42,999 nucleotides of DNA, from IMG/VR virus record IMGVR_UViG_3300033067_000342, positions 1 to 42,999 of that record; one strand, written 5' to 3'. Source of the DNA: a virus. Taxonomy: Duplodnaviria > Caudoviricetes. Positions 1 through 9,180 of this stretch are shown here, piece after piece. The translations under genes were made by a program, and so were the position numbers. Positions within the stretch are counted from its first letter, which is position 1; every line of letters begins with the position of its first letter. The notes under the pieces were generated by a model. The model was not told the DNA's origin. It ran no database searches and saw only the letters and a list, made by a program, of their open reading frames with translations.

Positions 1-371
1 CGGTTGGTCATCATCGCCTGCCGATTCGCCTGCGTCATCGCGTTGTTGTATCCACTGGTCGCGTCGAAGTAGCGATCGCCAAGCTGAGCACCGGCTTGTG
101 TGCGGGCGAATTGACCTTGAGCTTCTTGCTGGCCGAGAGCCCGATTTGCATCGTTCTGCTGATGCGCAAGTGCGTTACCGTAGCTAATCCCCATCTGGTT
201 CTGCATGCCCTGCCGCACTCCAGGAGTGGCGTTGGCACGCTGCTGAGCGTACTTCGGCATGCCCCGCATGAAGTTGCCCCACAGCGACTGAACGCCCTGG
301 CCAGCGGAGTTTATTTGGTCGCCGAAACCTGGGGCAATCGGACCATTGCTGATCGTAGTGTTATAGTTCAT
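1..371 (-). CDS. Partial Gln/Ala/Gly/Met-rich virion protein, probable DNA ejection (internal virion) protein; runs off the window
   Basis: Own translation from ATG at 371: MNYNTTISNGPIAPGFGDQINSAGQG...QAMMTN, open to position 1. Follows the 374..1333 ORF by 2 nt. Confidence 0.55.
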   Translation of the reverse strand, partial: MNYNTTISNGPIAPGFGDQINSAGQGVQSLWGNFMRGMPKYAQQRANATPGVRQGMQNQMGISYGNALAHQQNDANRALGQQEAQGQFARTQAGAQLGDRYFDATSGYNNAMTQANRQAMMTN

Positions 372-373
372 GC

Positions 374-1333
374 TTACCCCATGTGCTGAGGACCAGACGC
401 TTGTTGATTACCAAAGCTCAGTCGATAATTCGGTGCGCGATATCCGCCGCCGCCTCCACCGAAAATCTGCGACCACAGTGGTGCGTACTGCTGTAGCATT
501 TGGTTTCGCATTGGGGCGTCTTGGTCCCACTTCTGACGCCTGTAAACGTCCATTGCCTTCTGTCTTTCGATGTCCATGTCCCACGGCACGAACGCCCCGT
601 TCTGGACGGACATGCCGCCACCTTGCGGGTAGTAGTATGGAGTTGGACCGCCGCCCTGAGTCTGCGATCCGCCAAAGAATTGAGAGAATGGTCCCATTGC
701 TTGTTTCTCCAGTTTGTCGCGGCTCTCGCCGCCGTACATTGCCGGTCCCATATAGTTGTATGGACCGGGGTTCTTTTCACTGTAAGGTGCTAGCGGTCCA
801 ACGCCAGCCTCGGTCATTCGGTCTGCTGCGGCCTGCAGTCCACTTCCAATCTCTCGGCCAACTCCAGCCATCTGGCGACCAAGGCCAGCCGGGTCTTTGG
901 TCAAGTCACCCATCTGCTGCGCCATCGTTGGCATCGCCTGATCCCACACGTTCTGCGGAGTCGAGCGATTCGCACCCTGACCACCGTTCCACTGCGCTGA
1001 CATCTGGTTCAGGCGATTCGCGTTTGCCTGGGCCTGGGCATTTGCCGCGCGAGTCTGATAAGCGGCGGCAATATCGGAGTTAGTGACTCGCCTGCCAGCC
1101 GGATTTGCCAGTGGCCTAATGGCGTCGTCGACTCCAGGTCGAAATGCCTGCGAGCCGTCGTACGATGTTTCATAGTCATTCATGTTTGGCCTAGGCGGAC
1201 TGTCTGTCCCGGAAATAAATCTGCCTCCACCCATTGGTGCGAACTGCCTCCTGGCATTCCACCCGCGCATCGCCAGGTTTTGACTGTTTCCAGTTTCATC
1301 AAAAAAACCATCCCACGGTCCAGCCATGCTCAT
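374..1333 (-). CDS. Probable internal virion/ejection protein
   Basis: 319 aa, low-complexity Q/G/M/A-rich; lies downstream of nozzle and tail genes as in podoviruses. Confidence 0.5.
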   Translation of the reverse strand: MSMAGPWDGFFDETGNSQNLAMRGWNARRQFAPMGGGRFISGTDSPPRPNMNDYETSYDGSQAFRPGVDDAIRPLANPAGRRVTNSDIAAAYQTRAANAQAQANANRLNQMSAQWNGGQGANRSTPQNVWDQAMPTMAQQMGDLTKDPAGLGRQMAGVGREIGSGLQAAADRMTEAGVGPLAPYSEKNPGPYNYMGPAMYGGESRDKLEKQAMGPFSQFFGGSQTQGGGPTPYYYPQGGGMSVQNGAFVPWDMDIERQKAMDVYRRQKWDQDAPMRNQMLQQYAPLWSQIFGGGGGGYRAPNYRLSFGNQQASGPQHMG

Positions 1334-1466
1334 CTCCGGTTTGACAGTTGCCTTATTTTAGCACTACATTTGATGCCTTGGCTACCCACTACGGAGTAAT
1401 GTCCAGCGCGCATGACGCACCGCCCTCGCCAGTTAAGCCTGTCTGGTATGCGGTACATTGCACCAG

Positions 1467-2489
1467 CTAGCCAGCCGAAAGTGAGCATGACGATGATTGC
1501 GAATAGTAGGTGTCTAGGTTGTTTTGATAGGTTGTTGGTGTAAGTGAGTACCCAGAGATGGTCGATCCGTTTAGCGAGCCGGAAGCAATCGATGACACGC
1601 TGAACCTTGGCGTTCCATCTGTCCCAGCGACGGTCATCGTCCAAGATCCGCCAGAGCCTTGCACCGATAGGGTTACAGAATCTTGGTCGTCGTCTGCGGC
1701 AGAAAATGGGTTGCTTCCCGGCGCTGCCTTCCATACCCAGGCATTAGTACCAGCTTGCCATAGCTGGTATGTTCCGTCGCCGGGCCATCCGTCGCCTGGG
1801 AGCCCTGGTGGTGGCGATGGATCGTTAATGTGGATTGCAGTAGTGCCTGAAATTGTCAGCGTCAAAAGCGGTGCTAGCCCATTGGCAAAAGCGGTGTCTG
1901 CTAAAACGCCAAGGCTGTCAACGCTGTGCAAGATTTGCGATTGCCTGAATGTAGCGCCGGATGTTGTTCCACTGCACCCAAACCGAACTCGGTATGGGGT
2001 TCTAGACGACGCAGATGCTTCCTGGCAAACACGAATACCTTGGCACTGCCATACCTCATTGGCGGGCGAATCAAATTTAAGTAACGAAAAATTCAAGTGG
2101 TCGGTGTCCACTGACGGTGTTAGCCACAGTCTACCCAAATCACCACCGGCAGTTGTAAGCTTTGCCATGCCAGCCCAATCACCATAAACGCCTCCATTCA
2201 GGTCGATCTTGAATGACGTTCCATTGGCTGCCGATTGCATGTGGAGAACAATAAGTCCGTCCGCTGGAACGTCAACATTTGCGGTGACTTGCGGGTATCG
2301 AGGCGTGTAGGTAAGCAATTCGGCCATTCCGTCGCCTGGAAACACCATTGTTGATGCGTCCAGCACGACCGATGGAACTCCGAGAACTGCTACCCAATTT
2401 CGGCTTGTGGCTAGACGAAAGCCATCTCCAAACTCTTCAAGAATGGATGCGAATCGTCCAGTAAGTGATGGCCGAATGAAAGCTGTCAT
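1467..2489 (-). CDS. Putative tail/virion structural protein
   Basis: 340 aa, S/T/G-rich beta-type sequence; TAATG overlap with the upstream gene. Confidence 0.5.
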   Translation of the reverse strand: MTAFIRPSLTGRFASILEEFGDGFRLATSRNWVAVLGVPSVVLDASTMVFPGDGMAELLTYTPRYPQVTANVDVPADGLIVLHMQSAANGTSFKIDLNGGVYGDWAGMAKLTTAGGDLGRLWLTPSVDTDHLNFSLLKFDSPANEVWQCQGIRVCQEASASSRTPYRVRFGCSGTTSGATFRQSQILHSVDSLGVLADTAFANGLAPLLTLTISGTTAIHINDPSPPPGLPGDGWPGDGTYQLWQAGTNAWVWKAAPGSNPFSAADDDQDSVTLSVQGSGGSWTMTVAGTDGTPRFSVSSIASGSLNGSTISGYSLTPTTYQNNLDTYYSQSSSCSLSAG

Positions 2490-3199
2490 TAGTTGGCCTT
2501 AGCTCCAACAACAACCCACTTGTTCCCGGAAAGTTCCCTCTGAACCCAAACCGTATAGCTGCCGGGGATGACTTCTGAACCACTAAGAAAGGCGTCGTGG
2601 ACTGTCAGCGAAACAACTGGCGACGCTTCAATCCAAGTTGAGCCCGATTTTGTCGCAACTCTTGCTGATGCAGTGCCACCAACTGTGAGATCAGATTGCA
2701 AGATTGCAACATACCCGCCGCCGCCGCCGCTAACTGATCCACCGCTGCCTGACCCGCCTGACGGACCAGCACCTAGCACGAGATATCTATCTCCGTTTCT
2801 AACAATTCCAACTTTTGTTCCGCTGTCAATCGATGATCCGTCGTCCATGAGTGGACCGGGCCAGACATCGACTGATCCTCCGTAGTCGTATCCGCTCGGC
2901 GACCAGTTTAGCAGGGTAGCCTTGGCTGATGCGTATGGCGATGATGAAGACAAACTGTCATTCAGTACAGCGAATTCATTGGCGCTTCCTGGGGAGGACC
3001 CAGGAGAGGCACCTTGAGGAGGTGCAATGATTGGCGGCTGCGCAAACTTGACTGGACCATAGAACTCAGCAGGCCCACGCTGAACGCTCTTAGCCATGCA
3101 CTGACCAATGACACCTGCAAGCGAGATTGCCTGCTTGGCTGGCATGCCAGAAGCAATTAGCTGGTTCGTGATATCTCCACCGCGATCACCGAGTGACAT
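2489..3199 (-). CDS. Putative tail-associated structural protein
   Basis: 236 aa with two similar beta modules joined by a G/S linker; TGATG coupling to the nozzle gene. Confidence 0.5.
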   Translation of the reverse strand: MSLGDRGGDITNQLIASGMPAKQAISLAGVIGQCMAKSVQRGPAEFYGPVKFAQPPIIAPPQGASPGSSPGSANEFAVLNDSLSSSSPYASAKATLLNWSPSGYDYGGSVDVWPGPLMDDGSSIDSGTKVGIVRNGDRYLVLGAGPSGGSGSGGSVSGGGGGYVAILQSDLTVGGTASARVATKSGSTWIEASPVVSLTVHDAFLSGSEVIPGSYTVWVQRELSGNKWVVVGAKAN

Positions 3200-5553
3200 C
3201 AGTAACCCCTTGCGGTAATGGTTGAGATTTCAAGGCGACCAGCGCATGCAATAGTCTGGATGTCAAACGAGATTGCTCGGTCTCCGCAACCAAACTCGAT
3301 CTGAGGATTTCCGATAATCAGGCGAGCTAGACCTACATTCTTGGCGGAATCACTGCGATCCATCATGCAGTTCACAAATGCGCATGTCTGCCCAGCCGTG
3401 ATTGCCGGAACAGCATCGCCAGTGGCAGGCACGTCCTGCACAAACTCTTTTGGAGAGTCAGACCAGTCGACGTAATACTGAATCGCAAACCCACCGATGT
3501 CCGAGTAGTCATCAGCCGTCAAGCCTACCGGAGTTGTCAGTGGCCTGTAGCGAACGTCAAGTGACTGGCCAGCCCAGCCGCCATCTGGGATTTCGTACAT
3601 ACCAGAACGCCACAGTGCATATACACCGCCGACGATTGCCTTGTCTGCCGCAGATGGCGCAGTGTCCCATGCCACTAGGTTAGCCGTAGTTCCGCTCGAA
3701 GAACCAAGGTTTACGGTTGCCAGCGTGGCCGATGATGTTGAAACAGACTGGATCGTGCGGACCTGCCAGCGACCACTGCCTGTCCCTACAAGCAGTGAAG
3801 CCCCGGTTCGCAATAGATCGGTAGAGATCGAAGCCCCAGCGGTTGCGCCCTCGTCAGTCAGCGGCAGTGCCCCACTCTCGTCAACTAATGTGCATACGTC
3901 GTCTTCGCTAGATAAGTAGTATCCTGCGGTAATATCGGTTGTCGGCGCAGACAGGACCGCAGAGCTTGTACCAGCCGACACGACATCCCACACGGAGGCC
4001 GACGAGCAGCCATCTGACGTTATGTCTGGATGCTTTGACAGCAGTAAACCGTTCCAAGACCCGATAGTAAATTTGTCGATTGAACTGTCGGTGTACCCGC
4101 GCACATTAGTGGCTGCTCCGACCGTCCACGGCAACCACTCAACGTACCACCGCTGCTTAATGTAATCGTAGCAGATCGCGCGGCGCGGGCGTCCAGAGGA
4201 GTCGACTTGGGTAGGGGCGTCAGTGTCGTTGAGCGTGAGGAAGAACTTGGCAACGCGGTCTCGCAGGTCAACGGCAACGAAGAATTTATCCGAGTCACTG
4301 AAACGAACCTTTCCGTCTCTGAAGTAGTTCTGAACAGCGACACCGATGCTCTCGTCGATGCCCTGCCCAGTAATCATGTACGGGCCATAGCGATCCATCG
4401 CAAATACCATGTCCCCGGCCTGCGCCCAGCAGCGATTGTTGAACGCACCGCGAGCGCCGATTGGTTGAATGTTTGCGTCCAGGTGTGGCTGCTTAACGTA
4501 GCTCATGCGATACGAAGATCGCTCGCGGAACAGTATCATTCCGTACACGTTTGGGCATGCGCCTACCAGCCGGTCTCCACTGCCTTGAATCGGCAGTCTG
4601 TTCTGGGATACCGGCACGGACTCTGGCTCGTCCTGCTCGGAATAGTAGACGGTATTAGCCTCCTGCGGTCCACCGCTAATGCAGAACGTCAGTCCAGACC
4701 ACGCAGCCGTGGAGGCAAACCCACCGACGCTAGCGCTGCCAACTATGCTGGCAGTCGTTGCGCTAAGTCGATGGGCGATTTCGTACTCGTAGAGTGAGTT
4801 TCCAGTCGTCGACTGCACCGTGAGCGTTCGGCCAACGATGTCGTCAGGCAAGGTCGTAGTGAACGATACCGTCGATCCACCGTTCGTGCCAGACAGTGTT
4901 CCGTGCGACCACTTACGATCAACGAGGTAGAACATGCGATCTTGATACCAAGCACATACCTCCTTGACTGGCGGTACACCGTATCTAAGTGCGTTTGCGG
5001 TTCCGTCGTCATTTTCAAGCAGCAATTCACCGCGAGTGCTTAGCTGCGCGTCGGTGAATGTGTCATCATAAGTTGTGCCGATAGACGCAGATACGGTTCC
5101 GACAGAGTATAGCACACTTGGAGAGTTCACGAGCGTGCGCAGGAACTCAATGCCAGTAGCCTGCGATGCCGTCAGCTTGTCGCCTGTCATCGCAGCCGTA
5201 GCGAGTAGCGGTGTTGACGACCACGTGAGCTTATAGTTGGCAGCCGTAGTGGCTACGCTCTGCAGCGGATAAATGATGTCGCTGTAGTTTCCGGTGCCGT
5301 CAAAGTATCGGATCGTGGTGCCGTAAGTCCCCTGCCCTATCCCCGATGCCACGGTCCCGCTGAGCGCCGCAAACGCAGTAGTCGAAGCAGGCGAATCCAG
5401 TCCAGCCAGATAGAGATTACCAGTTCCGATAACATATTTGCGCGCACGGTCCACTCCATTTGACATGAAGATTTCGCCGCCAGGAGTACGCGCAAAACAC
5501 AGCGGAGCATCTGTGCTCAGAATGGATTTTGCGATCAGTTCATGGACAGCCAT
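3199..5553 (-). CDS. Tail nozzle / tail tubular protein B-like (P22 gp10 / T7 gp12 analogue)
   Basis: 784 aa with beta-propeller-like motifs (AWYQDRMFY, VYYSEQDEPES, ILFRERSSY, ICYDYIKQRWY); downstream of the adaptor. Confidence 0.65.
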   Translation of the reverse strand: MAVHELIAKSILSTDAPLCFARTPGGEIFMSNGVDRARKYVIGTGNLYLAGLDSPASTTAFAALSGTVASGIGQGTYGTTIRYFDGTGNYSDIIYPLQSVATTAANYKLTWSSTPLLATAAMTGDKLTASQATGIEFLRTLVNSPSVLYSVGTVSASIGTTYDDTFTDAQLSTRGELLLENDDGTANALRYGVPPVKEVCAWYQDRMFYLVDRKWSHGTLSGTNGGSTVSFTTTLPDDIVGRTLTVQSTTGNSLYEYEIAHRLSATTASIVGSASVGGFASTAAWSGLTFCISGGPQEANTVYYSEQDEPESVPVSQNRLPIQGSGDRLVGACPNVYGMILFRERSSYRMSYVKQPHLDANIQPIGARGAFNNRCWAQAGDMVFAMDRYGPYMITGQGIDESIGVAVQNYFRDGKVRFSDSDKFFVAVDLRDRVAKFFLTLNDTDAPTQVDSSGRPRRAICYDYIKQRWYVEWLPWTVGAATNVRGYTDSSIDKFTIGSWNGLLLSKHPDITSDGCSSASVWDVVSAGTSSAVLSAPTTDITAGYYLSSEDDVCTLVDESGALPLTDEGATAGASISTDLLRTGASLLVGTGSGRWQVRTIQSVSTSSATLATVNLGSSSGTTANLVAWDTAPSAADKAIVGGVYALWRSGMYEIPDGGWAGQSLDVRYRPLTTPVGLTADDYSDIGGFAIQYYVDWSDSPKEFVQDVPATGDAVPAITAGQTCAFVNCMMDRSDSAKNVGLARLIIGNPQIEFGCGDRAISFDIQTIACAGRLEISTITARGY

Positions 5554-5888
5554 TAAACGCTCCGGTGATAGTCACGTATTCCAGTCAGGCGAACTAGCCT
5601 GCCGTTGTCCATCTGCACTAGCACATCGTCTCTGCTGGAGTTCATCTGCGACTCGTATGCGGTCATCGCTACCACATGCCCAAGGTTCGCAGCCGTATCT
5701 GCGTTAAGCTGACCTTGGTCGGTGGTCTGAATCACGTAGCCATCGCGTGTTCTTATCTTGCCTGGAACTGCGCAGTCAAAATTGACCTGTAGGCGCGCAA
5801 CTGGACCGAGGTCTAGGGGGTCCGCATTGGGCACCATGCCTGGGAAGTCAGTAGTCGGCTTGCTTCTCTTATAAGATTCCGCTTCCAT
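5553..5888 (-). CDS. Small tail protein resembling the N-terminus of nozzle proteins
   Basis: 111 aa; DFPGM..ADP..L.P.A...VNFD...PGKI..RDG pattern; TAATG coupled to the 784-aa gene. Confidence 0.45.
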   Translation of the reverse strand: MEAESYKRSKPTTDFPGMVPNADPLDLGPVARLQVNFDCAVPGKIRTRDGYVIQTTDQGQLNADTAANLGHVVAMTAYESQMNSSRDDVLVQMDNGRLVRLTGIRDYHRSV

Positions 5889-7020
5889 CGACCCACACCT
5901 GTCTTACACTGTGATTCATGTTCATGTCGTACGCGCTTCGGCCAGTCATAGATCGTTGCTCTGCATTCTTCGCTAGATTGATGGCAGCGTAGTATTCGTT
6001 CTGAGCCTGCTGAGCCTGGGGAAGGCTCAGGTTTAAGCATAACTTGTAGATACATCCTCGCCAGAACATTTCCATCATGTTTTGGCTGAAGTCAATCGGG
6101 TCTGAGATCGTATACTTTCTTCCAGATAGCGACCCCATCGAAGACGCAGCAACCAGCGCGGTAGCCGAAGTGTACGTCTTGATGTAACCTTGATATAGGT
6201 ATGGTGTATTTCCACCAATACCATCTGGGTGGCTGGTTGCATCTCCGATTCGGATGATCGAGCCAACCATGTCCGATGAAAACGATGTGCTAGAGCCAGT
6301 GATTGAAGTTCCGCTAGAGGTGATCGTCCCAACTCGATCTGTCGACCCAAATCCAGTGCGACGAATCTGCCGAGGCAGTCTCAGCATCGTGAAGTCGACA
6401 GTACCAGTCGTGTCTGGGAATGGATACACGTGGATCGCCATTCGAGACGAGTCCACAATGTCTGGCATTACCGTCCACCACTGAGGCTCTCCGGTTGAGT
6501 CTCCGTATCGCGTCAAATCTCCCCACTGCGATGGCGTCACGTACGTTGCCCACGACTGCATGCCGTTCTCAGCCATTGGCATCGACATTTCGTGGAAGTC
6601 ACTTGGCAGTTGGTAAACGCCCTTGACAATCGTAAACGAAGTGCCAGTGGCGATGTCATCGTACGGGCGCATTACATCGTCTGCCGCAAGCACGGTGTCG
6701 CTGGTTCGTTCGGTGATCCGGTGCTTTGCGTTGCCGATGATTAGCGTTGCACCGGAAGCCCACGCTGGCCACGTACCTGAATCAATGGTAAAGCTACCAC
6801 CAGTGTACGAGCACGTGCCAGTGGTTGCCCCGTAATACGTGAGCCGGTACGGTCGCTGCAGATAGTTCCAGCGGCGAGCAACTGCAATCTCTTCGTATGC
6901 CTGGATTACAGACTGCCTGAACGCGCGCACGTTACCTGTGTTTGCGTTGCCGCCAGTATAGTCCTGCAGGCGGTCTATCGCATCCTGATATGTGTAAACG
7001 CGGTCAGATGTAATTGGCAT
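5869..7020 (-). CDS. Head-tail adaptor / tail tubular protein A-like
   Basis: 383 aa; helical N-terminus (TYQDAIDRLQD...QAYEEI...RWNYL), YQLPSDF, VYPFPD, helical C-terminus. Confidence 0.65.
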   Translation of the reverse strand: MPITSDRVYTYQDAIDRLQDYTGGNANTGNVRAFRQSVIQAYEEIAVARRWNYLQRPYRLTYYGATTGTCSYTGGSFTIDSGTWPAWASGATLIIGNAKHRITERTSDTVLAADDVMRPYDDIATGTSFTIVKGVYQLPSDFHEMSMPMAENGMQSWATYVTPSQWGDLTRYGDSTGEPQWWTVMPDIVDSSRMAIHVYPFPDTTGTVDFTMLRLPRQIRRTGFGSTDRVGTITSSGTSITGSSTSFSSDMVGSIIRIGDATSHPDGIGGNTPYLYQGYIKTYTSATALVAASSMGSLSGRKYTISDPIDFSQNMMEMFWRGCIYKLCLNLSLPQAQQAQNEYYAAINLAKNAEQRSMTGRSAYDMNMNHSVRQVWVDGSGIL

Positions 7021-7352
7021 TAGCTCTGCGGCTCCGCAATGAATTTGATGACGCCAGAAATGGTCCCGGTGCCAACTTGCTCAAGTGACAGCCCCTTCCC
7101 AGTGACTGTAGGGCTAAGCCATCCGCACGGAGAGTACGGCAGCACAAAGCCAGCCGAGCAGTTAAGCGTTGGTGTAAGCGCCGTGCCATCACTGTCCTTA
7201 AACAGTAGCTGCGATGCGCCTGCGGTAAGCAGCAGCGCCTGCGACAGGTGAATGCGAGCGCCGCTGGTGGCTGCCTTGACGGTAATCGTTCCGGCTTCTG
7301 TCGAGTTGATCTGGGCGGTTTCGACTTCGCCCCTAACTGGTTGAAGTTGCAT
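7020..7352 (-). CDS. Hypothetical virion beta-sandwich protein
   Basis: 110 aa; TAATG-coupled on both sides within the structural operon. Confidence 0.5.
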   Translation of the reverse strand: MQLQPVRGEVETAQINSTEAGTITVKAATSGARIHLSQALLLTAGASQLLFKDSDGTALTPTLNCSAGFVLPYSPCGWLSPTVTGKGLSLEQVGTGTISGVIKFIAEPQS

Positions 7353-8026
7353 TATCCGACTCCGAGTAGTAGTAGGTTTAGTGGTGACTGCGGGGAACCT
7401 CTAGTGGCAGACCCTTCCTGCAAGACGCTGACGCTGATTGAAACTGATTTGGTAAGCGAGTTTGCGCCGAATGACATTTGCGGAATATCAGAGTTGGCAA
7501 GTCCGCCTTGAAACTCAAATGAATACGAGCCGCTCGCTCCGCTGCCGACAACCATCGCCCCGCTACCAACAGCACTCGTAATGGCAAGTGATATCGTGTT
7601 AGCGTCATCATTCCAGTTGAGCGTACCAGTAGTTCCATACCCTGGAATCAAGATTGTGAACGTGCCACCATCGGAATCGAGGATGATCGTCTGAACTTCG
7701 TTATTGCCGCCTCCACCATCTTGCGTCGTACCAAACGTCGCACTGCCGGTCATCGTAAGCGTATTATCTTGATACGACAGCTCAAGCATGTCGGTGTTAG
7801 CCAGCGAGCCGACAAACTCAACCGTCATACCTGAAGTGTAATTTCCGCCGCATGAAACATTTGCTGAGTTGTCGATGCCTGTAATCTGCGCAAGGTATGC
7901 GGCCAACTCAGCGCCAGCGTTGACGTCGTTCATCGACCCTGACGATGGATTGCTATCATAGACTGGTTTCCACGATCCGCCATTTGGCACGGCACTGAAC
8001 GTGTACTTCTGAATCTCGTTAGCCAC
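7352..8026 (-). CDS. Virion protein with two NE(I/V)Q-type repeat domains
   Basis: Repeats NEIQ...VEFVGSLANTDM and NEVQTI...FEFQGGLANSDIPQM; ends LLLLGVG. Confidence 0.55.
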   Translation of the reverse strand: MANEIQKYTFSAVPNGGSWKPVYDSNPSSGSMNDVNAGAELAAYLAQITGIDNSANVSCGGNYTSGMTVEFVGSLANTDMLELSYQDNTLTMTGSATFGTTQDGGGGNNEVQTIILDSDGGTFTILIPGYGTTGTLNWNDDANTISLAITSAVGSGAMVVGSGASGSYSFEFQGGLANSDIPQMSFGANSLTKSVSISVSVLQEGSATRGSPQSPLNLLLLGVG

Positions 8027-8486
8027 CGCTCACCTCCGTGAATTGGCGCATAACTTCAACCGCCGACTTCACTGCGTACTCAGTCAGAATTGCCGTTCCT
8101 TGCTGCACGGTAACGTCATGCTTCGTGCCGTTGGCTTCCCAAAAAGACACGCATGGAATCTGACCACCGGCCAAGTCAATCAGCGATTTCAAGTCGTTCA
8201 TCATGGCCCGCGAATCTTTGTCGTACTTTAGGTGCCAGCCGTTTTCAAGTTCGACGCCTTCACGCTGCTCTCGCAGATGGCGGTCGGCCATAGGTTCTGG
8301 TGGATTATCAACCAGTGACTTCTCCTGGTCGGTCATCTCAACAACAGAGTCACCAACGACCTTGAGATACTTCCACGGCACACCCATTGGTAGCGGCGGG
8401 TTAATCAGCCATTGGTCTGCTGGGTAATCTGGCGTATTTGCGAGCGGAAGTATGGTTCCGTTTGATCGACTAACGACTAACGACAT
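8019..8486 (-). CDS. Putative tail fibre assembly/chaperone-like protein
   Basis: Likely start ATG 8486 (TAATG with upstream gene); VVEMTDQEK and W..ANG motifs; next to fibre and LamG genes. Confidence 0.45.
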   Translation of the reverse strand: MSLVVSRSNGTILPLANTPDYPADQWLINPPLPMGVPWKYLKVVGDSVVEMTDQEKSLVDNPPEPMADRHLREQREGVELENGWHLKYDKDSRAMMNDLKSLIDLAGGQIPCVSFWEANGTKHDVTVQQGTAILTEYAVKSAVEVMRQFTEVSGG

Positions 8487-9178
8487 TATCGTTGACCTCC
8501 AATGCAAACTCGCGGAGACAGCATTGATGCTGATGTACTAGACATATTGCTGCCGACTAGGTTGTGCACCTTCTGCATATCCGCTTCGGTGTTATTGGAC
8601 GCGGTATCATTTCCGTTTAGTGCCCAATAGTGCAATCTTCCTCGCTGCGGTGACGACGGCTTGAACATTAGCTCGTTAATTTCCCTGGCGGTTAGCGCGA
8701 CGTTATAAATCGAAATGTGAGCCGTCGCATTGCCGCTTGACTCCATGTTTCCATCCCAACTAATCCTCCCAACAAGACCAGCAACCCCAAGGCTGCTTGA
8801 CGTTACCGTTGGATTTGAGGTAGTCCCGCCTGTTGTTACATCAACTCCATTAAGGTAGACCTTCATTCTGCTTGCGTCTGCCGCAGTTCCGTCAAAAACG
8901 CCCGTTAAGAATTGCCATCCAGTCGATGTGTTTGCGCTGCTATTACTGTATTTTGTCGAGCCGGACCTCACATCCATGTAAATTGAGTTGTCACTAAACC
9001 AGTAAAGCATGATTGCCTGCGACGACCCATTGCTGATGGCGTATGGGATGCTTATTTTACCTGTTCCTGACCGATACACCCACGCAGCAATCGTGAATCC
9101 ACCAATGGACTGGTAGTCAGTGCCGTTAGCGGACTCTGAGTAAAATCCAACTCCATCAAAAATTCTACATCCAGCCAT
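8486..9178 (-). CDS. LamG / concanavalin A-like lectin domain protein (candidate receptor binding)
   Basis: FTIAAWV, WQFLTGVFDG, KVYLNGV, ISIYNVALTAREI motifs typical of LamG_3. Confidence 0.8.
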   Translation of the reverse strand: MAGCRIFDGVGFYSESANGTDYQSIGGFTIAAWVYRSGTGKISIPYAISNGSSQAIMLYWFSDNSIYMDVRSGSTKYSNSSANTSTGWQFLTGVFDGTAADASRMKVYLNGVDVTTGGTTSNPTVTSSSLGVAGLVGRISWDGNMESSGNATAHISIYNVALTAREINELMFKPSSPQRGRLHYWALNGNDTASNNTEADMQKVHNLVGSNMSSTSASMLSPRVCIGGQR

Positions 9179-9180
9179 GA

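Noticed and set aside
1330-1458. Possible 42-aa ORF MYRIPDRLNW...
   Set aside because: It fills a gap and has an ATGA overlap, but there is no motif or clear SD to support it.
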